Shown: positions 34,452-43,383 of the stretch, piece after piece
Numbering within the stretch: the first letter of the stretch is position 1
How the letters are laid out: each line of letters starts with the position of its first letter
From: a virus
DNA: 51,368 nt
Strand: one strand, 5' to 3'
Virus record (IMG/VR): IMGVR_UViG_3300045988_135063
Notes under the pieces: model-generated
What the model was told of the DNA's origin: nothing
The model's database searches: none
The model's input: only the letters and a program-made list of their open reading frames with translations
Made by a program: the position numbers and the translations under genes

Positions 34452-35162
34452 TTAGTTTATAACGTATTTACTCCCGTCCTCATTGAAAATAATTACATTT
34501 TTCCCTTTCCTACAATCATAGATCCATCTTTTAACATTGTTTATATCTGATGGTTTACCGTATTTATAAATGTTATAGGCAAATCTTTTTGCAAAATCAT
34601 CTTTATTTTTCAAAGTCAATTTTGTTAATGCTCCAGTATCAGTTGATTTATAAACAGATACCCCCATCTTTTCCCCCCTACGATTATAAATTACAATATC
34701 TGCTTTTTTGACCTTATCCTCATAATTATTTGAACCTCTAGCATCGATTCCTAGTTTTTGTAAACTATGTAGCAAGTTAACCTCATTAGCCATACTAATA
34801 AAATTACCCACTCTTTTCTCCATGTAGCCATTGGTAAATATATCACTATCCTCTCCCCATAAATCCAGAGTTAGTACCTCATATGGCTCTCCTTTTCGTC
34901 CATATTTTATAGACCAATTTCCTACTGGGTAATATTTCGATTTACCAGTAACTCTAATCTTACCACCATTAACCTCTGCCTCTTTTAGCATATTCTGTTT
35001 AATTTGAGCTGATATTACTTTAACTTGTATATCTTTTGGTATCTTCCCCTGTATAATCGGTCTTACTAGAGCAGGGTACATTGATGTATTACCATTTAAA
35101 AATCTTGATAACTCGTCTACTGCTTGTATTTTGTCATAACCTGTATAAACTTTCGTATTCAT
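34452..35162 (-). CDS. Hypothetical protein (236 aa)
   Basis: ORF with an RBS. KKADIVIYNRRGEKMGVSVYKS is faintly PD-(D/E)xK-like, which is very weak evidence. Confidence 0.55.
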   Translation of the reverse strand: MNTKVYTGYDKIQAVDELSRFLNGNTSMYPALVRPIIQGKIPKDIQVKVISAQIKQNMLKEAEVNGGKIRVTGKSKYYPVGNWSIKYGRKGEPYEVLTLDLWGEDSDIFTNGYMEKRVGNFISMANEVNLLHSLQKLGIDARGSNNYEDKVKKADIVIYNRRGEKMGVSVYKSTDTGALTKLTLKNKDDFAKRFAYNIYKYGKPSDINNVKRWIYDCRKGKNVIIFNEDGSKYVIN

Positions 35163-35194
35163 CCCCTATTTACTCCTATCTAATTTATTCATTT

Positions 35195-35224
35195 AATGAG
35201 TAAAGAGATTTACAAAATGTTTAC
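35195..35224 (-). promoter_or_regulatory. Phage-type promoter-like motif (site a): GTAAAC-N17-ACTCATT
   Basis: Minus strand: GTAAAC attttgtaaatctcttt ACTCATT. Confidence 0.45.
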
Positions 35225-35230
35225 AGGCAT

Positions 35231-35258
35231 AAAAAAGAGAGGCTTTTAAACCTCTCTT
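35231..35258 (-). terminator. Terminator hairpin
   Basis: 8-bp stem aagagagg/cctctctt after an A-run. Confidence 0.65.
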
Positions 35259-35283
35259 AGTTTTCTAGTATGTTATATTTTAT

Positions 35284-35931
35284 TTATGCACTTACTCTTA
35301 GTAGGAACTTTGTTCGATGTTGCTCAAACAAAAGATTTAATTCTTTTTCTCTATCAGTAGTACATTTCAACCCCAAATTTAACTCCTTTAGTCCACTCAA
35401 CTCTATAGCCTTTTTTAACAAGCCTGTTAATACAATTATTGATGTATTATAGCCATAAACATCTTTTAAATATTTATTAGCATTGTTATACAAATGGGTT
35501 ACTGCCGATTGATATGTTTGGGTTGCTTGTGTTCCAATTGTGTATTTATCGTAATCTCGTACTGTCCTACAAACTGATGGGTATTTTCTTTGAAACTTTT
35601 GGAATAATTTGAATTGCAACTCGGCTAACTCAAAAATCAATTCCTCATCAGACAAATCTAAATATTTTCCCTTCTGAGCCAAAGCTAGTTTTGTATTTGT
35701 AAAGCCCCAATCAAAATAATATATCCTTTCCCCTCTTTCATAATCCTTCTCCTCAGTTTCTTCCTCCAAGCCAACCAAAGCACACAACTCTTTATAATGT
35801 TTTTCTTTGAAGTCTTTCACTACTGTAGTTGTAAAAGAGTTACATAGATTATTTTTTACCACATATTTATAAAAATCTTCGTCAGAGTACTTCTCCCCGT
35901 ACTTTGCCCCTAATCTATACCATTTATTCAT
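35284..35931 (-). CDS. Hypothetical protein (215 aa)
   Basis: ATG at 35929-35931 after TAGGAGGG. Confidence 0.55.
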   Translation of the reverse strand: MNKWYRLGAKYGEKYSDEDFYKYVVKNNLCNSFTTTVVKDFKEKHYKELCALVGLEEETEEKDYERGERIYYFDWGFTNTKLALAQKGKYLDLSDEELIFELAELQFKLFQKFQRKYPSVCRTVRDYDKYTIGTQATQTYQSAVTHLYNNANKYLKDVYGYNTSIIVLTGLLKKAIELSGLKELNLGLKCTTDREKELNLLFEQHRTKFLLRVSA

Positions 35932-35989
35932 GCCTATCCCTCCTATGTTATTATAGGTAAATTGTAGCATATTTTTACAAAATAAGCAT

Positions 35990-36022
35990 AAAAAAAAGAG
36001 AGGTTTTTGATCCCCTCTCTCT
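35990..36022 (-). terminator. Terminator hairpin
   Basis: agagagg/cctctct stem after an 8-nt A-run. Confidence 0.6.
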
Positions 36023-36023
36023 C

Positions 36024-36218
36024 TTATTTAGATAATGCTCTTAGTAACCAGAATAACATCACACCATTTGCACATAAGGTTGCCTTTAATGGTTTAAGCC
36101 CAAAGTATAAAAATATTGGGCTAGATAGTACTGCTATTGATGTGCCTATGATATAAGCAACAATTAAAACTATTAGGGAGATTATGATCCCTCCAATTAA
36201 TGTATATATTACTTTCAT
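36024..36218 (-). CDS. Small two-helix membrane protein (64 aa)
   Basis: Very hydrophobic. Start lies 1 nt after the nupC-like stop. Confidence 0.5.
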   Translation of the reverse strand: MKVIYTLIGGIIISLIVLIVAYIIGTSIAVLSSPIFLYFGLKPLKATLCANGVMLFWLLRALSK

Positions 36219-36219
36219 A

Positions 36220-37398
36220 CTAGAAGAACATCCCCATTAAACTAGCAGATATTAAAGAAGTTAATACCCCACCTAGTAAAGCCTTGAACCCTAAAGAAGT
36301 TACCTCGTCAGCCTTTTCTGGGCAGAATGTTTTAAAGCCTCCTATAGTTATTCCTATTACAGAGAAGTTAGCAAAGTTGACTAGAGCTATTCCTAGCATT
36401 GCCTGAGTTCTAATAGATAAAGTACTCATTACCTCAGTTAAACCACCTATAGCCACATACTCATTTACGGCAGTTTTTAAACCGATAGCAGAGGTAAATG
36501 TAGCTATCTCACTTGAAGGTATTCCCATTAATTTAGCTAATGGATAAAGCATTATAGTAAATATCTCAGTTAAAGATGTGCCGAACCATCCTAGAACAAA
36601 ATTAACCAAAGCTATTAATGATATAAACCCTATCAATACTGCTCCTACCGATAAAGCTATATTTAAGCCATCCATAGCTCCAGAACCTATAGCATCAAAT
36701 ATATTAGAATGCTCAGAACCCTCTATTTTTATTTCTGTTGTTTTGCTTTCTTCTGTTTCTGGCACTAACATTTTAGCCATTAGTAAAGTAGCGAATGGGA
36801 CTGTTGCCATTTGTACCAGTATATATTCCATGTTTATCCCCATTGTAGAATATCCTAAAACCACAGATACAGATACAGAGGCAAATCCTCCTAATATAAC
36901 TGCAAATAATTCTGACCTTGTTAAATCTTTTAAGAAAGGTTTAGTTAATAATGGACTTTCTGTAGCACTTAAAAATGCATTACCAACTCCACAAAAACTC
37001 TCTACTGGAGTAGTACCCATTATTTTACTAACTATCCCACCTACAACCCTTACAAAGAATGGTATTACCTTTAAATAGTATAATAGAGCTATTAATGACC
37101 CTGTAAAACAAATTACTGATAATACTGTTATTGCAAAAGCACCTGTTCCTATTAAACTATCACCAAATACAAAAGATATTCCCTCAGAGCTAAATCCTAA
37201 CACAGTAGTTATGCCATTAGAAATACCCTTTAAAATCCATTGTCCTATTGATGTTTTTAATACAAAGAACATCATTACTATTTGGGCTAGTAGTCCTATA
37301 CCAACTGTCCTCCAGTTTATAGCCTTTCTGTTCTCTGAGAACAAATAACCCACACCTAATAAGAAAATGGTTGTTAAAATTCCATACAAAATATTCAC
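36220..37398 (-). CDS. nupC: Concentrative nucleoside transporter, NupC/CNT family
   Basis: 392 aa polytopic membrane protein. GFSSEGISFVFGD and NFANFSVIGITIGGFK align by eye with E. coli NupC GFANEGTNFVFG and FANFSSIGIIAGAVKG. Confidence 0.88.
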   Translation of the reverse strand: MNILYGILTTIFLLGVGYLFSENRKAINWRTVGIGLLAQIVMMFFVLKTSIGQWILKGISNGITTVLGFSSEGISFVFGDSLIGTGAFAITVLSVICFTGSLIALLYYLKVIPFFVRVVGGIVSKIMGTTPVESFCGVGNAFLSATESPLLTKPFLKDLTRSELFAVILGGFASVSVSVVLGYSTMGINMEYILVQMATVPFATLLMAKMLVPETEESKTTEIKIEGSEHSNIFDAIGSGAMDGLNIALSVGAVLIGFISLIALVNFVLGWFGTSLTEIFTIMLYPLAKLMGIPSSEIATFTSAIGLKTAVNEYVAIGGLTEVMSTLSIRTQAMLGIALVNFANFSVIGITIGGFKTFCPEKADEVTSLGFKALLGGVLTSLISASLMGMFF

Positions 37399-37426
37399 TT
37401 TTCAAAGTCCTCCTATTTATTTTTAT

Positions 37427-37723
37427 CTATAATAAACCTCTAGCCCTAAGTATACTGACTGCTCTGCTCCTAATCCTTATATGCTTATAAGGTAAATTAA
37501 AGCCAGATGCATGACTAAACTTAGTGGTAAAGGGTTTGTGCCATTTTACTTTTTTACAAATCTCTGGGTACTTCTTTTGTAACTCCAGTAATTCGTTACA
37601 CCATCTATCAAAAGTTGCATCATCAATTATATTCATGTCATACTCATAATAAATACAAGAATGTACTAAAATCTGATGCCTCCTCCTATTTATCAACTCT
37701 CGTATCCTCTCCGAGTTCTCCAT
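37427..37723 (-). CDS. Small protein resembling the N-terminal Ia domain of NAD-dependent DNA ligase
   Basis: 98 aa. IYYEYDMNIIDDATFDRWCNELLELQKKYPE compares with the LigA pattern YYxxDxPxISDxEYDxLxxEL..LE...P. Confidence 0.35.
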   Translation of the reverse strand: MENSERIRELINRRRHQILVHSCIYYEYDMNIIDDATFDRWCNELLELQKKYPEICKKVKWHKPFTTKFSHASGFNLPYKHIRIRSRAVSILRARGLL

Positions 37724-37751
37724 TGGTTACCTCCTATTGTTATTTACAAAT

Positions 37752-37781
37752 ATTAAGTAATAAAAAAGGAAAGATGTTTAT
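37752..37781 (-). promoter_or_regulatory. Phage-type promoter-like motif (site k): ATAAAC-N17-ACTTAAT
   Basis: Minus strand: ATAAAC atctttccttttttatt ACTTAAT. Overlaps a ggaaag/ctttcc hairpin. Confidence 0.4.
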
Positions 37782-37803
37782 CACCTTTCCGATTTTTTTT
37801 AAT

Positions 37804-38457
37804 TTATTTTTCTTTTCCCATTTCCTCTAATTTATCAGTAACTATTTGTACTAACTTTTGAGCATCCTCTGAATTATTTACAACATCCATATTATCCATA
37901 TCTATTACTATAATTGGTGATGCTTTATAACAGTTGTAAATCCACTCATCATAACCTTTCCACAATTCAAAGTAATATTGTTTAAGGGCATCATCTAACT
38001 CGTATCCCCTCCCCCTCTTTTTGATTCTCTCAAGCACTTTCTCAAAAGAGCCTTTTAGATAAACCATTAATTCTGGAGCTTTCTTTGGCATTCCATCAAT
38101 CTCTTTCACCATTTCCTCCAGTATTTCATCGTAAAGATCACTCTCTAACTGAGATATTCTCCCTAATCTACAATTCACATCTTTAAAATATTTATCTTCC
38201 CATAATGATCTATCTAAAACATTATTCGGATGAGATTGAGCCTCCTTAATGCTCATAAACCTACTACTTAAAAATTCTAACTGTAAAAGAAATGGATATC
38301 TTTTTGCCTGTATCTCTTCCTCTGAGGCAGTATAAAATTTCTCCAATACTCTATTATTCTCTACCTTTTCATAAAACACTTGAGAACCAAGAGCCTCACC
38401 TAAAATCTTGGCACAACTAGATTTACCTAGTCCTATCATTCCACCTATAACAATCAT
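37804..38457 (-). CDS. Deoxynucleoside kinase (dAK/dGK/dCK family)
   Basis: 217 aa. GMIGLGKSS P-loop, DRSLWED, RIKKRGRGYE. Confidence 0.85.
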   Translation of the reverse strand: MIVIGGMIGLGKSSCAKILGEALGSQVFYEKVENNRVLEKFYTASEEEIQAKRYPFLLQLEFLSSRFMSIKEAQSHPNNVLDRSLWEDKYFKDVNCRLGRISQLESDLYDEILEEMVKEIDGMPKKAPELMVYLKGSFEKVLERIKKRGRGYELDDALKQYYFELWKGYDEWIYNCYKASPIIVIDMDNMDVVNNSEDAQKLVQIVTDKLEEMGKEK

Positions 38458-38460
38458 TTA

Positions 38461-38658
38461 TTAAAACTCCTTTTTATTTAACATATCAAATATTACGTTC
38501 CTTAGTGTATTTAGAGCCTTTTCTTTTCGTTCTAAAGATTTCTGTAACTCTAAAATCTCCTTATCCTTTTCAGAGATAACTATCTTTTGATCCTGTATTA
38601 TGGTATGTAAGCCCTTTATCTCATTTTCTATAGATAATAAGGCTAATGATTTAACCAT
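38461..38658 (-). CDS. Small coiled-coil protein (65 aa)
   Basis: Start overlaps the tdk stop (TAATG). Confidence 0.5.
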   Translation of the reverse strand: MVKSLALLSIENEIKGLHTIIQDQKIVISEKDKEILELQKSLERKEKALNTLRNVIFDMLNKKEF

Positions 38659-39233
38659 TACACCATACCCCCTGTATTTAACTCAGAGTAACATTTCCTA
38701 CATAAAGGTGTGTATTTATCATATGAGCCTATGTCTATAGTTTCCTTATTAGCACCCTCTATATTTTTTCTAGCTGATATATGAGCATCGTTCCCACACT
38801 CATTACAAACTGCTTTAAACTTATTTATCACATCAGCATGACACATTAAAGAGCCTGTTACCATGAATGCAGCATTGTCAAAAGTTAAATCTAGCCCCGA
38901 GCAGTAAATCACTTTACCCTTATCTAGTAATCTTAAAATATCGTCTATAATTGTAAAATTAAAGAATTGTATCTCATCAATTAGTATAACATCAGCCTCT
39001 AGTACTTCATCACAATAAATACTATCATTTATATCTACAACCATTGACTGAGTATAATCAGATGCCTCCCCGTCATGGCTCACTATTTTAGTATTAGAGT
39101 ACCTAGCATCTATAGTAGGCTTTATGTAAAGTACTTTATCTTTAGCTATTGTATGCCTCTTACCTTGCCTTAATAGTTCTGTAGTCTTTCCAGAAAACAT
39201 ACTCCCTACATTAACAGTTAATTTCCTTTTCAT
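38658..39233 (-). CDS. tdk: Thymidine kinase
   Basis: ATG at 39231-39233. GSMFSGKTTELLR, LIDEIQFF and C-terminal CxxC...CxxC. Confidence 0.9.
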   Translation of the reverse strand: MKRKLTVNVGSMFSGKTTELLRQGKRHTIAKDKVLYIKPTIDARYSNTKIVSHDGEASDYTQSMVVDINDSIYCDEVLEADVILIDEIQFFNFTIIDDILRLLDKGKVIYCSGLDLTFDNAAFMVTGSLMCHADVINKFKAVCNECGNDAHISARKNIEGANKETIDIGSYDKYTPLCRKCYSELNTGGMV

Positions 39234-39234
39234 C

Positions 39235-39495
39235 TTACACAATCTCCTCACTTAAATATTTTTTAGATAGTGATATTATTAAATCATCTTTTCTACAAAT
39301 TAATCTAACTGTAGGATCTTCATCTATAGCCGATAATAAATAGCCATAATCTTTAAGGATTTTTCCATTAAAGCCTACGATATAATATTTATCACCGTAA
39401 GAGCTGAATATTCCTAAATCTCCATCACAATCTACTAAATCACCTAAAAATATACAACTAACATTTCTTTCTATGTGATTCTTTATTGTTGCCAT
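39235..39495 (-). CDS. Hypothetical protein (~86 aa)
   Basis: ATG at 39493-39495, 8 nt after GGAGG. Confidence 0.5.
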   Translation of the reverse strand: MATIKNHIERNVSCIFLGDLVDCDGDLGIFSSYGDKYYIVGFNGKILKDYGYLLSAIDEDPTVRLICRKDDLIISLSKKYLSEEIV

Positions 39496-39522
39496 AATCA
39501 TTACCTCCACATTTTTATATAA

Positions 39523-39552
39523 GATAAGTCAGTATATTTTCAAAATGTTTAC
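39523..39552 (-). promoter_or_regulatory. Phage-type promoter-like motif (site b): GTAAAC-N17-ACTTATC
   Basis: Minus strand: GTAAAC attttgaaaatatactg ACTTATC. Confidence 0.45.
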
Positions 39553-39554
39553 AT

Positions 39555-39581
39555 AAAAAAGAGGCTATATTAATAGCCCCT
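39555..39581 (-). terminator. Terminator-like hairpin overlapping the ruvC stop
   Basis: ggctat/atagcc stem after an A-run. Confidence 0.45.
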
Positions 39582-40104
39582 GTTTAATAGCATAAGCAAT
39601 ACCAACTGCAATAGCATCAGATACATCATCTGAGTAAAATTTCATATTCCTTTGATCCTCTACTAGAAAGTTTCTAACCTCATCCATGACCTCAGATTTA
39701 CTAGCCTTACCATCACCAGTAACTAATTTCTTTACAGATGGTGGGGTTATCTCCATTATATCCTTATTTCCTAATTGGTCTAAACAAATATAATCCACTA
39801 AACCAACCACTCTAAATATGGTTTGAGTTTCAGTTGCAAACCTACTAAAACCTCTTTCTCTTACTATATGTAAATCCTCACACGATTTTAAACCAAATTT
39901 CGATATAAAATCATTTAAAGCATTGTGTATTTCAACTAATTTTTGTGCATTAGTCTTTTTCCTCTTACCAGTTAATCCTTTATTGTCTACATATTCATAG
40001 CCTAATACTTTAATCTTTTTATCCTCTGTTATTGATAGTAGTACCATAGCAGGTAAATTCATTGATAAATCCATTGATAGTATTTTTTTATTATACATTC
40101 CCAT
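39565..40104 (-). CDS. ruvC: RuvC-like Holliday junction resolvase
   Basis: ILSMDLSMN at the N-terminus (the catalytic Asp position) and C-terminal DDVSDAIAVGIAY. About 179 aa. Confidence 0.7.
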   Translation of the reverse strand: MGMYNKKILSMDLSMNLPAMVLLSITEDKKIKVLGYEYVDNKGLTGKRKKTNAQKLVEIHNALNDFISKFGLKSCEDLHIVRERGFSRFATETQTIFRVVGLVDYICLDQLGNKDIMEITPPSVKKLVTGDGKASKSEVMDEVRNFLVEDQRNMKFYSDDVSDAIAVGIAYAIKQGLLI

Positions 40105-40783
40105 GATGCCCCCCTTTATCCGATGTGACCTGTTCAAGTCTATTTGATGCTATTTTAAAATAACTCTCATCTAGTTCTACACCTATAAAATACCTACCCG
40201 TATTAACACAAGCAACTCCTGTTGAACCACTACCCATAAATCCATCTAAAACAGTTTGCCCTTTATCTGTTGACTGTTCAACAAAAACCTGTAATAAGTC
40301 AACAGGTTTTTGAGTTGGATGCAACTTGTTACCTGTTTTATTTGCCTGTATAATGTCTGGTAATCTTTTACCATTCCTCAACCTTCGACCTTTGTGTCCA
40401 AATAATATAAACTCATGCTTAGGGGCATAACTCCCCTTTAAATCACCTGTACCATGAACATTTTTCTCCCAAACTATTATATTTTTTAGTTTAAAATATC
40501 GTTCAAAAGACCTTTTAAACTCATCAATATTGTGCCAACTACAAAAGCAGTATATGTGAGTGTTGTCCTTTAGTAGTGCATTGCATTTTTTTAGATATTC
40601 ATCCAAAAAATCTAAAGCAGCATCATTTTCTATTTTATTATACTTGTCTTTCCTTCTATTGCTTTTATAATTCATACCATAAGGGGGATCAGTTATTATG
40701 GCATCAACTGTTATGCCTTGATTAATTAAGTCATCCATCACATTCAAACAATCACCATTATATAATGCATAATGTTTAGTCAT
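40091..40783 (-). CDS. DNA methyltransferase, beta-class N6A/N4C (DPPY)
   Basis: IITDPPYG (motif IV) precedes DGFMGSGSTG (motif I). Confidence 0.85.
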   Translation of the reverse strand: MTKHYALYNGDCLNVMDDLINQGITVDAIITDPPYGMNYKSNRRKDKYNKIENDAALDFLDEYLKKCNALLKDNTHIYCFCSWHNIDEFKRSFERYFKLKNIIVWEKNVHGTGDLKGSYAPKHEFILFGHKGRRLRNGKRLPDIIQANKTGNKLHPTQKPVDLLQVFVEQSTDKGQTVLDGFMGSGSTGVACVNTGRYFIGVELDESYFKIASNRLEQVTSDKGGHHGNV

Positions 40784-41702
40784 TATTACCACCCCCATTA
40801 CATACTCCTTTATAGGTACAAAACAAACATTTATCCTCCTCTTTTGGTGGAACTTTCTTCTCCCTTACACATTTAGTTATATATGCATATTTATCTAACA
40901 ACTCTTTTATATCCTCATCTTTAACCTTATGGTAAAATACCCTAAAATCAAGTTTAGCATCTGCTCCTTTAGTCCAACCATCTTTTGCTAAACTTTCATA
41001 CATTATTAAATGCTCATCTATACCAAACAGAATAGCATAAGCAGTACATTGTGTTTTATGCCCTTCTTGAGCATCTTTCATTTTATAATTACCTACTGCT
41101 CCTATAGTAGTGGATTTGGTTTTAAACTCAAATCCAACCTCTTTATTTTCCTCTTTATTTAACAGAATACCATCACACATTCCATATATCCCAAAGGTTT
41201 CCCCGTTGTGTTCTATAATCTTAAATGTTTTTATATTCTGTTCCCATTTCGGCAAACCATTATCCATTTTAGATACTTTAAACATAGCCTCTGGCAACAT
41301 CTTTTCCATATACATTAAATCTTTTTGTACTGCCTCATGTACTGCCGAGGCATTCCTAGTCCATCTACGATGATAAGGGTAAAATGGTATTTCGTCCTTT
41401 TCGTATTTTAATGCCTTATAAAATAATTCTCTGTTACATTTAGATGCCCCAGACGGTGAAAAATATGTATAACCCTCCATTCCTTCTGGTATGTGTGGTT
41501 TTACTATATTCTCTACCTCTTTTACCTTTTGCTCTAGTAGAACTTTCTCAATATCCACATCTGCATAATAATCTAATGTGTGTAGATCATTAAACATATT
41601 ATACAAAGCAGATGCCATTTTAAGCCCACTCTCTGGTATAGCCTCAACTACTTGCTTTTTTAACTTAGTAGCCCCAGTTCTTGAAAAAATCAAATTACTC
41701 AT
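40776..41702 (-). CDS. PD-(D/E)xK exonuclease, Cas4/RecB-like, with a 4-Cys cluster
   Basis: GMCDGILL...GFEFKTKS, QCTAY, N-terminal SKCNRE and C-terminal CLFCTYKGVC. Confidence 0.7.
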   Translation of the reverse strand: MSNLIFSRTGATKLKKQVVEAIPESGLKMASALYNMFNDLHTLDYYADVDIEKVLLEQKVKEVENIVKPHIPEGMEGYTYFSPSGASKCNRELFYKALKYEKDEIPFYPYHRRWTRNASAVHEAVQKDLMYMEKMLPEAMFKVSKMDNGLPKWEQNIKTFKIIEHNGETFGIYGMCDGILLNKEENKEVGFEFKTKSTTIGAVGNYKMKDAQEGHKTQCTAYAILFGIDEHLIMYESLAKDGWTKGADAKLDFRVFYHKVKDEDIKELLDKYAYITKCVREKKVPPKEEDKCLFCTYKGVCNGGGNND

Positions 41703-41732
41703 AACATTACTCCTTTTTATCTTTAGTCATAA

Positions 41733-41762
41733 ATAAAGTCAATAAAAAAAGAAGATGTTTAT
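41733..41762 (-). promoter_or_regulatory. Phage-type promoter-like motif (site j): ATAAAC-N17-ACTTTAT
   Basis: Minus strand: ATAAAC atcttctttttttattg ACTTTAT. Confidence 0.45.
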
Positions 41763-41792
41763 TTACATCCTCCTGTTTAATAAAAATAGTAG

Positions 41793-42386
41793 CTATTGCT
41801 CTAATAACACCCTCAACTTTGTAAAATCTGGGTTTTCTCCTTTTTTCCAAACCAAATGGCAATACTCAATACTATCAGTTTTTTTATCTGAGGTAAAACT
41901 TATACGTTTATTATGAACAAAACAATATTTTGGCATAAAGTTTTTCCACAAATCCTCTCTTACCTTACCCCCAAAGTAATTTAATCTAAGCAACATTATT
42001 ACATAACCACCCTCTTTAACATCGTCAATGGCTTTTAATATTATGTCCTTAGAAATATTAAATGGTGGATTAGTTATAATAACATCATATTTACCTTTTA
42101 AATCTTTCTCAAGATAATTACCCTTCTCAGATGCTCGAGAATCATCTCTTATATCCAAAGTATTTACCACCAAATCATTATTGAATTGATATAATGCTTT
42201 TGGGTAAGACATTTCATTATCTGCATCCCCACCTGCACATGGGTCTAAAACTTTAACCCCACTCATTTTAAATATATGCTCATGCTTTTCAAACTCATAT
42301 AAAAACTGTAATATCTTTTCAACAGGTGTTACATAATAATCATTTTTATGCAAATCCCTACTATTACTCCTCAATGTACTACTCAT
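41793..42386 (-). CDS. N6-adenine DNA methyltransferase (NPPF)
   Basis: ATG at 42384-42386 after GGAGG. VLDPCAGGD (motif I) then IITNPPF (motif IV). Confidence 0.8.
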   Translation of the reverse strand: MSSTLRSNSRDLHKNDYYVTPVEKILQFLYEFEKHEHIFKMSGVKVLDPCAGGDADNEMSYPKALYQFNNDLVVNTLDIRDDSRASEKGNYLEKDLKGKYDVIITNPPFNISKDIILKAIDDVKEGGYVIMLLRLNYFGGKVREDLWKNFMPKYCFVHNKRISFTSDKKTDSIEYCHLVWKKGENPDFTKLRVLLEQ

Positions 42387-42403
42387 TTTAACCTCCAATT
42401 ATA

Positions 42404-42440
42404 CAAAGAAAGGGGGGCATTCCCCCCTCTTTTTCTTTTT
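42404..42440. terminator. Bidirectional-looking terminator
   Basis: agggggg/cccccct stem, 4-nt loop, A-rich on the left and T-rich on the right. Confidence 0.6.
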
Positions 42441-42454
42441 TAATCAACTGTTCC

Positions 42455-43114
42455 CTAGAAAGGTATTTCCTTATCTGCTTTATTTTCTTCCTCTGGTAAT
42501 TCCATTCCGAAATCAGCAACGGGGAAGTTAGCCTCATGTAAGACTTTAACCATTAAATCCTCTGTTCTTGGGTTTAATACAGTACTGAAAAATTCATCAG
42601 TAACAACGATACCCTCTAAAGCATCAAATTGCTCTTGGTCATAGCCTTTCATTTTTATTATTGGATTTAATAGATAGGCAGTTTCAGTTTTTTCCCCTTC
42701 TTTTTTAAGGTTAAAGGCTAACTCGTCTATCTCGTCCTTATATTCTTCTATTGCAGATATTAATTTCTTTGCTTGTCCTTTTGATACATCTAATATCATT
42801 GTTGTACCAGTTTCCATATCTCCGAAAGCAAATACATATCTTTTCTTAGGTCTTAATACCTCAAATTCCTCTATACCAGATTTAGATGCAGTACATAAAG
42901 GACACTCTTTACCTAATACCTCTATACAAGGTTGAGTATATATCTTATGATTAAACGATGAGTGTGCTTTATACTCTACATAATCATTTAGTCCTAGTAT
43001 TCTTACTTTTCTACTTTGCCCAGATTTTAGGCTTATTCTCACTTTTGATAAATCAACATTTTGCCTGTTTATGTTTTCTTTTGCTTGTTCTCCTCTAGCA
43101 GTAAATATTGCCAT
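42455..43114 (-). CDS. ssb: ssDNA-binding protein, gp32-like zinc motif and acidic IPF tail
   Basis: ATG at 43112-43114 after GGAGG. PCIEVLGKECPLC. C-terminal EEENKADKEIPF. Confidence 0.55.
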   Translation of the reverse strand: MAIFTARGEQAKENINRQNVDLSKVRISLKSGQSRKVRILGLNDYVEYKAHSSFNHKIYTQPCIEVLGKECPLCTASKSGIEEFEVLRPKKRYVFAFGDMETGTTMILDVSKGQAKKLISAIEEYKDEIDELAFNLKKEGEKTETAYLLNPIIKMKGYDQEQFDALEGIVVTDEFFSTVLNPRTEDLMVKVLHEANFPVADFGMELPEEENKADKEIPF

Positions 43115-43241
43115 AAGTAGTACCTCCATTTTCTTCTTTTTTTTCTTCTTGGTTTTCTTCTTTTCGTCAATAGATTTTATACACAAAATTAAAATAAAAT
43201 AAAAATCACTTAAAAATATTTTGATAAGATTAGCTTTAATG

Positions 43242-43270
43242 AATATAAAACTATAGTATTACCTTTTCAA
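43242..43270 (-). promoter_or_regulatory. Sigma-A-type promoter TTGAAA-17-TATATT
   Basis: Minus strand: TTGAAA (43265-43270), TATATT (43242-43247). Confidence 0.45.
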
Positions 43271-43306
43271 ATTTATTTTTTCTGCAAGGTTTCTCACCTT
43301 ACATCT

Positions 43307-43336
43307 ATAAAGTAATATCTATTTTATTTTGTTTAC
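43307..43336 (-). promoter_or_regulatory. Phage-type promoter-like motif (site l): GTAAAC-N17-ACTTTAT
   Basis: Minus strand: GTAAAC aaaataaaatagatatt ACTTTAT. Confidence 0.45.
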
Positions 43337-43345
43337 CTAAAAATT

Positions 43346-43376
43346 AAAAAAAAGGAGAAAAATTTTTCTCCTTTTA
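43346..43376. terminator. Bidirectional terminator
   Basis: ggagaaaaa/tttttctcc palindrome with flanking A and T runs. Confidence 0.55.
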
Positions 43377-43383
43377 CCTTTAT

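Noticed and set aside
37217-37405. 62-aa minus-strand ORF overlapping the 5' end of nupC
   Set aside because: It is an alternative frame of a clearly homologous transporter gene, so it is spurious.
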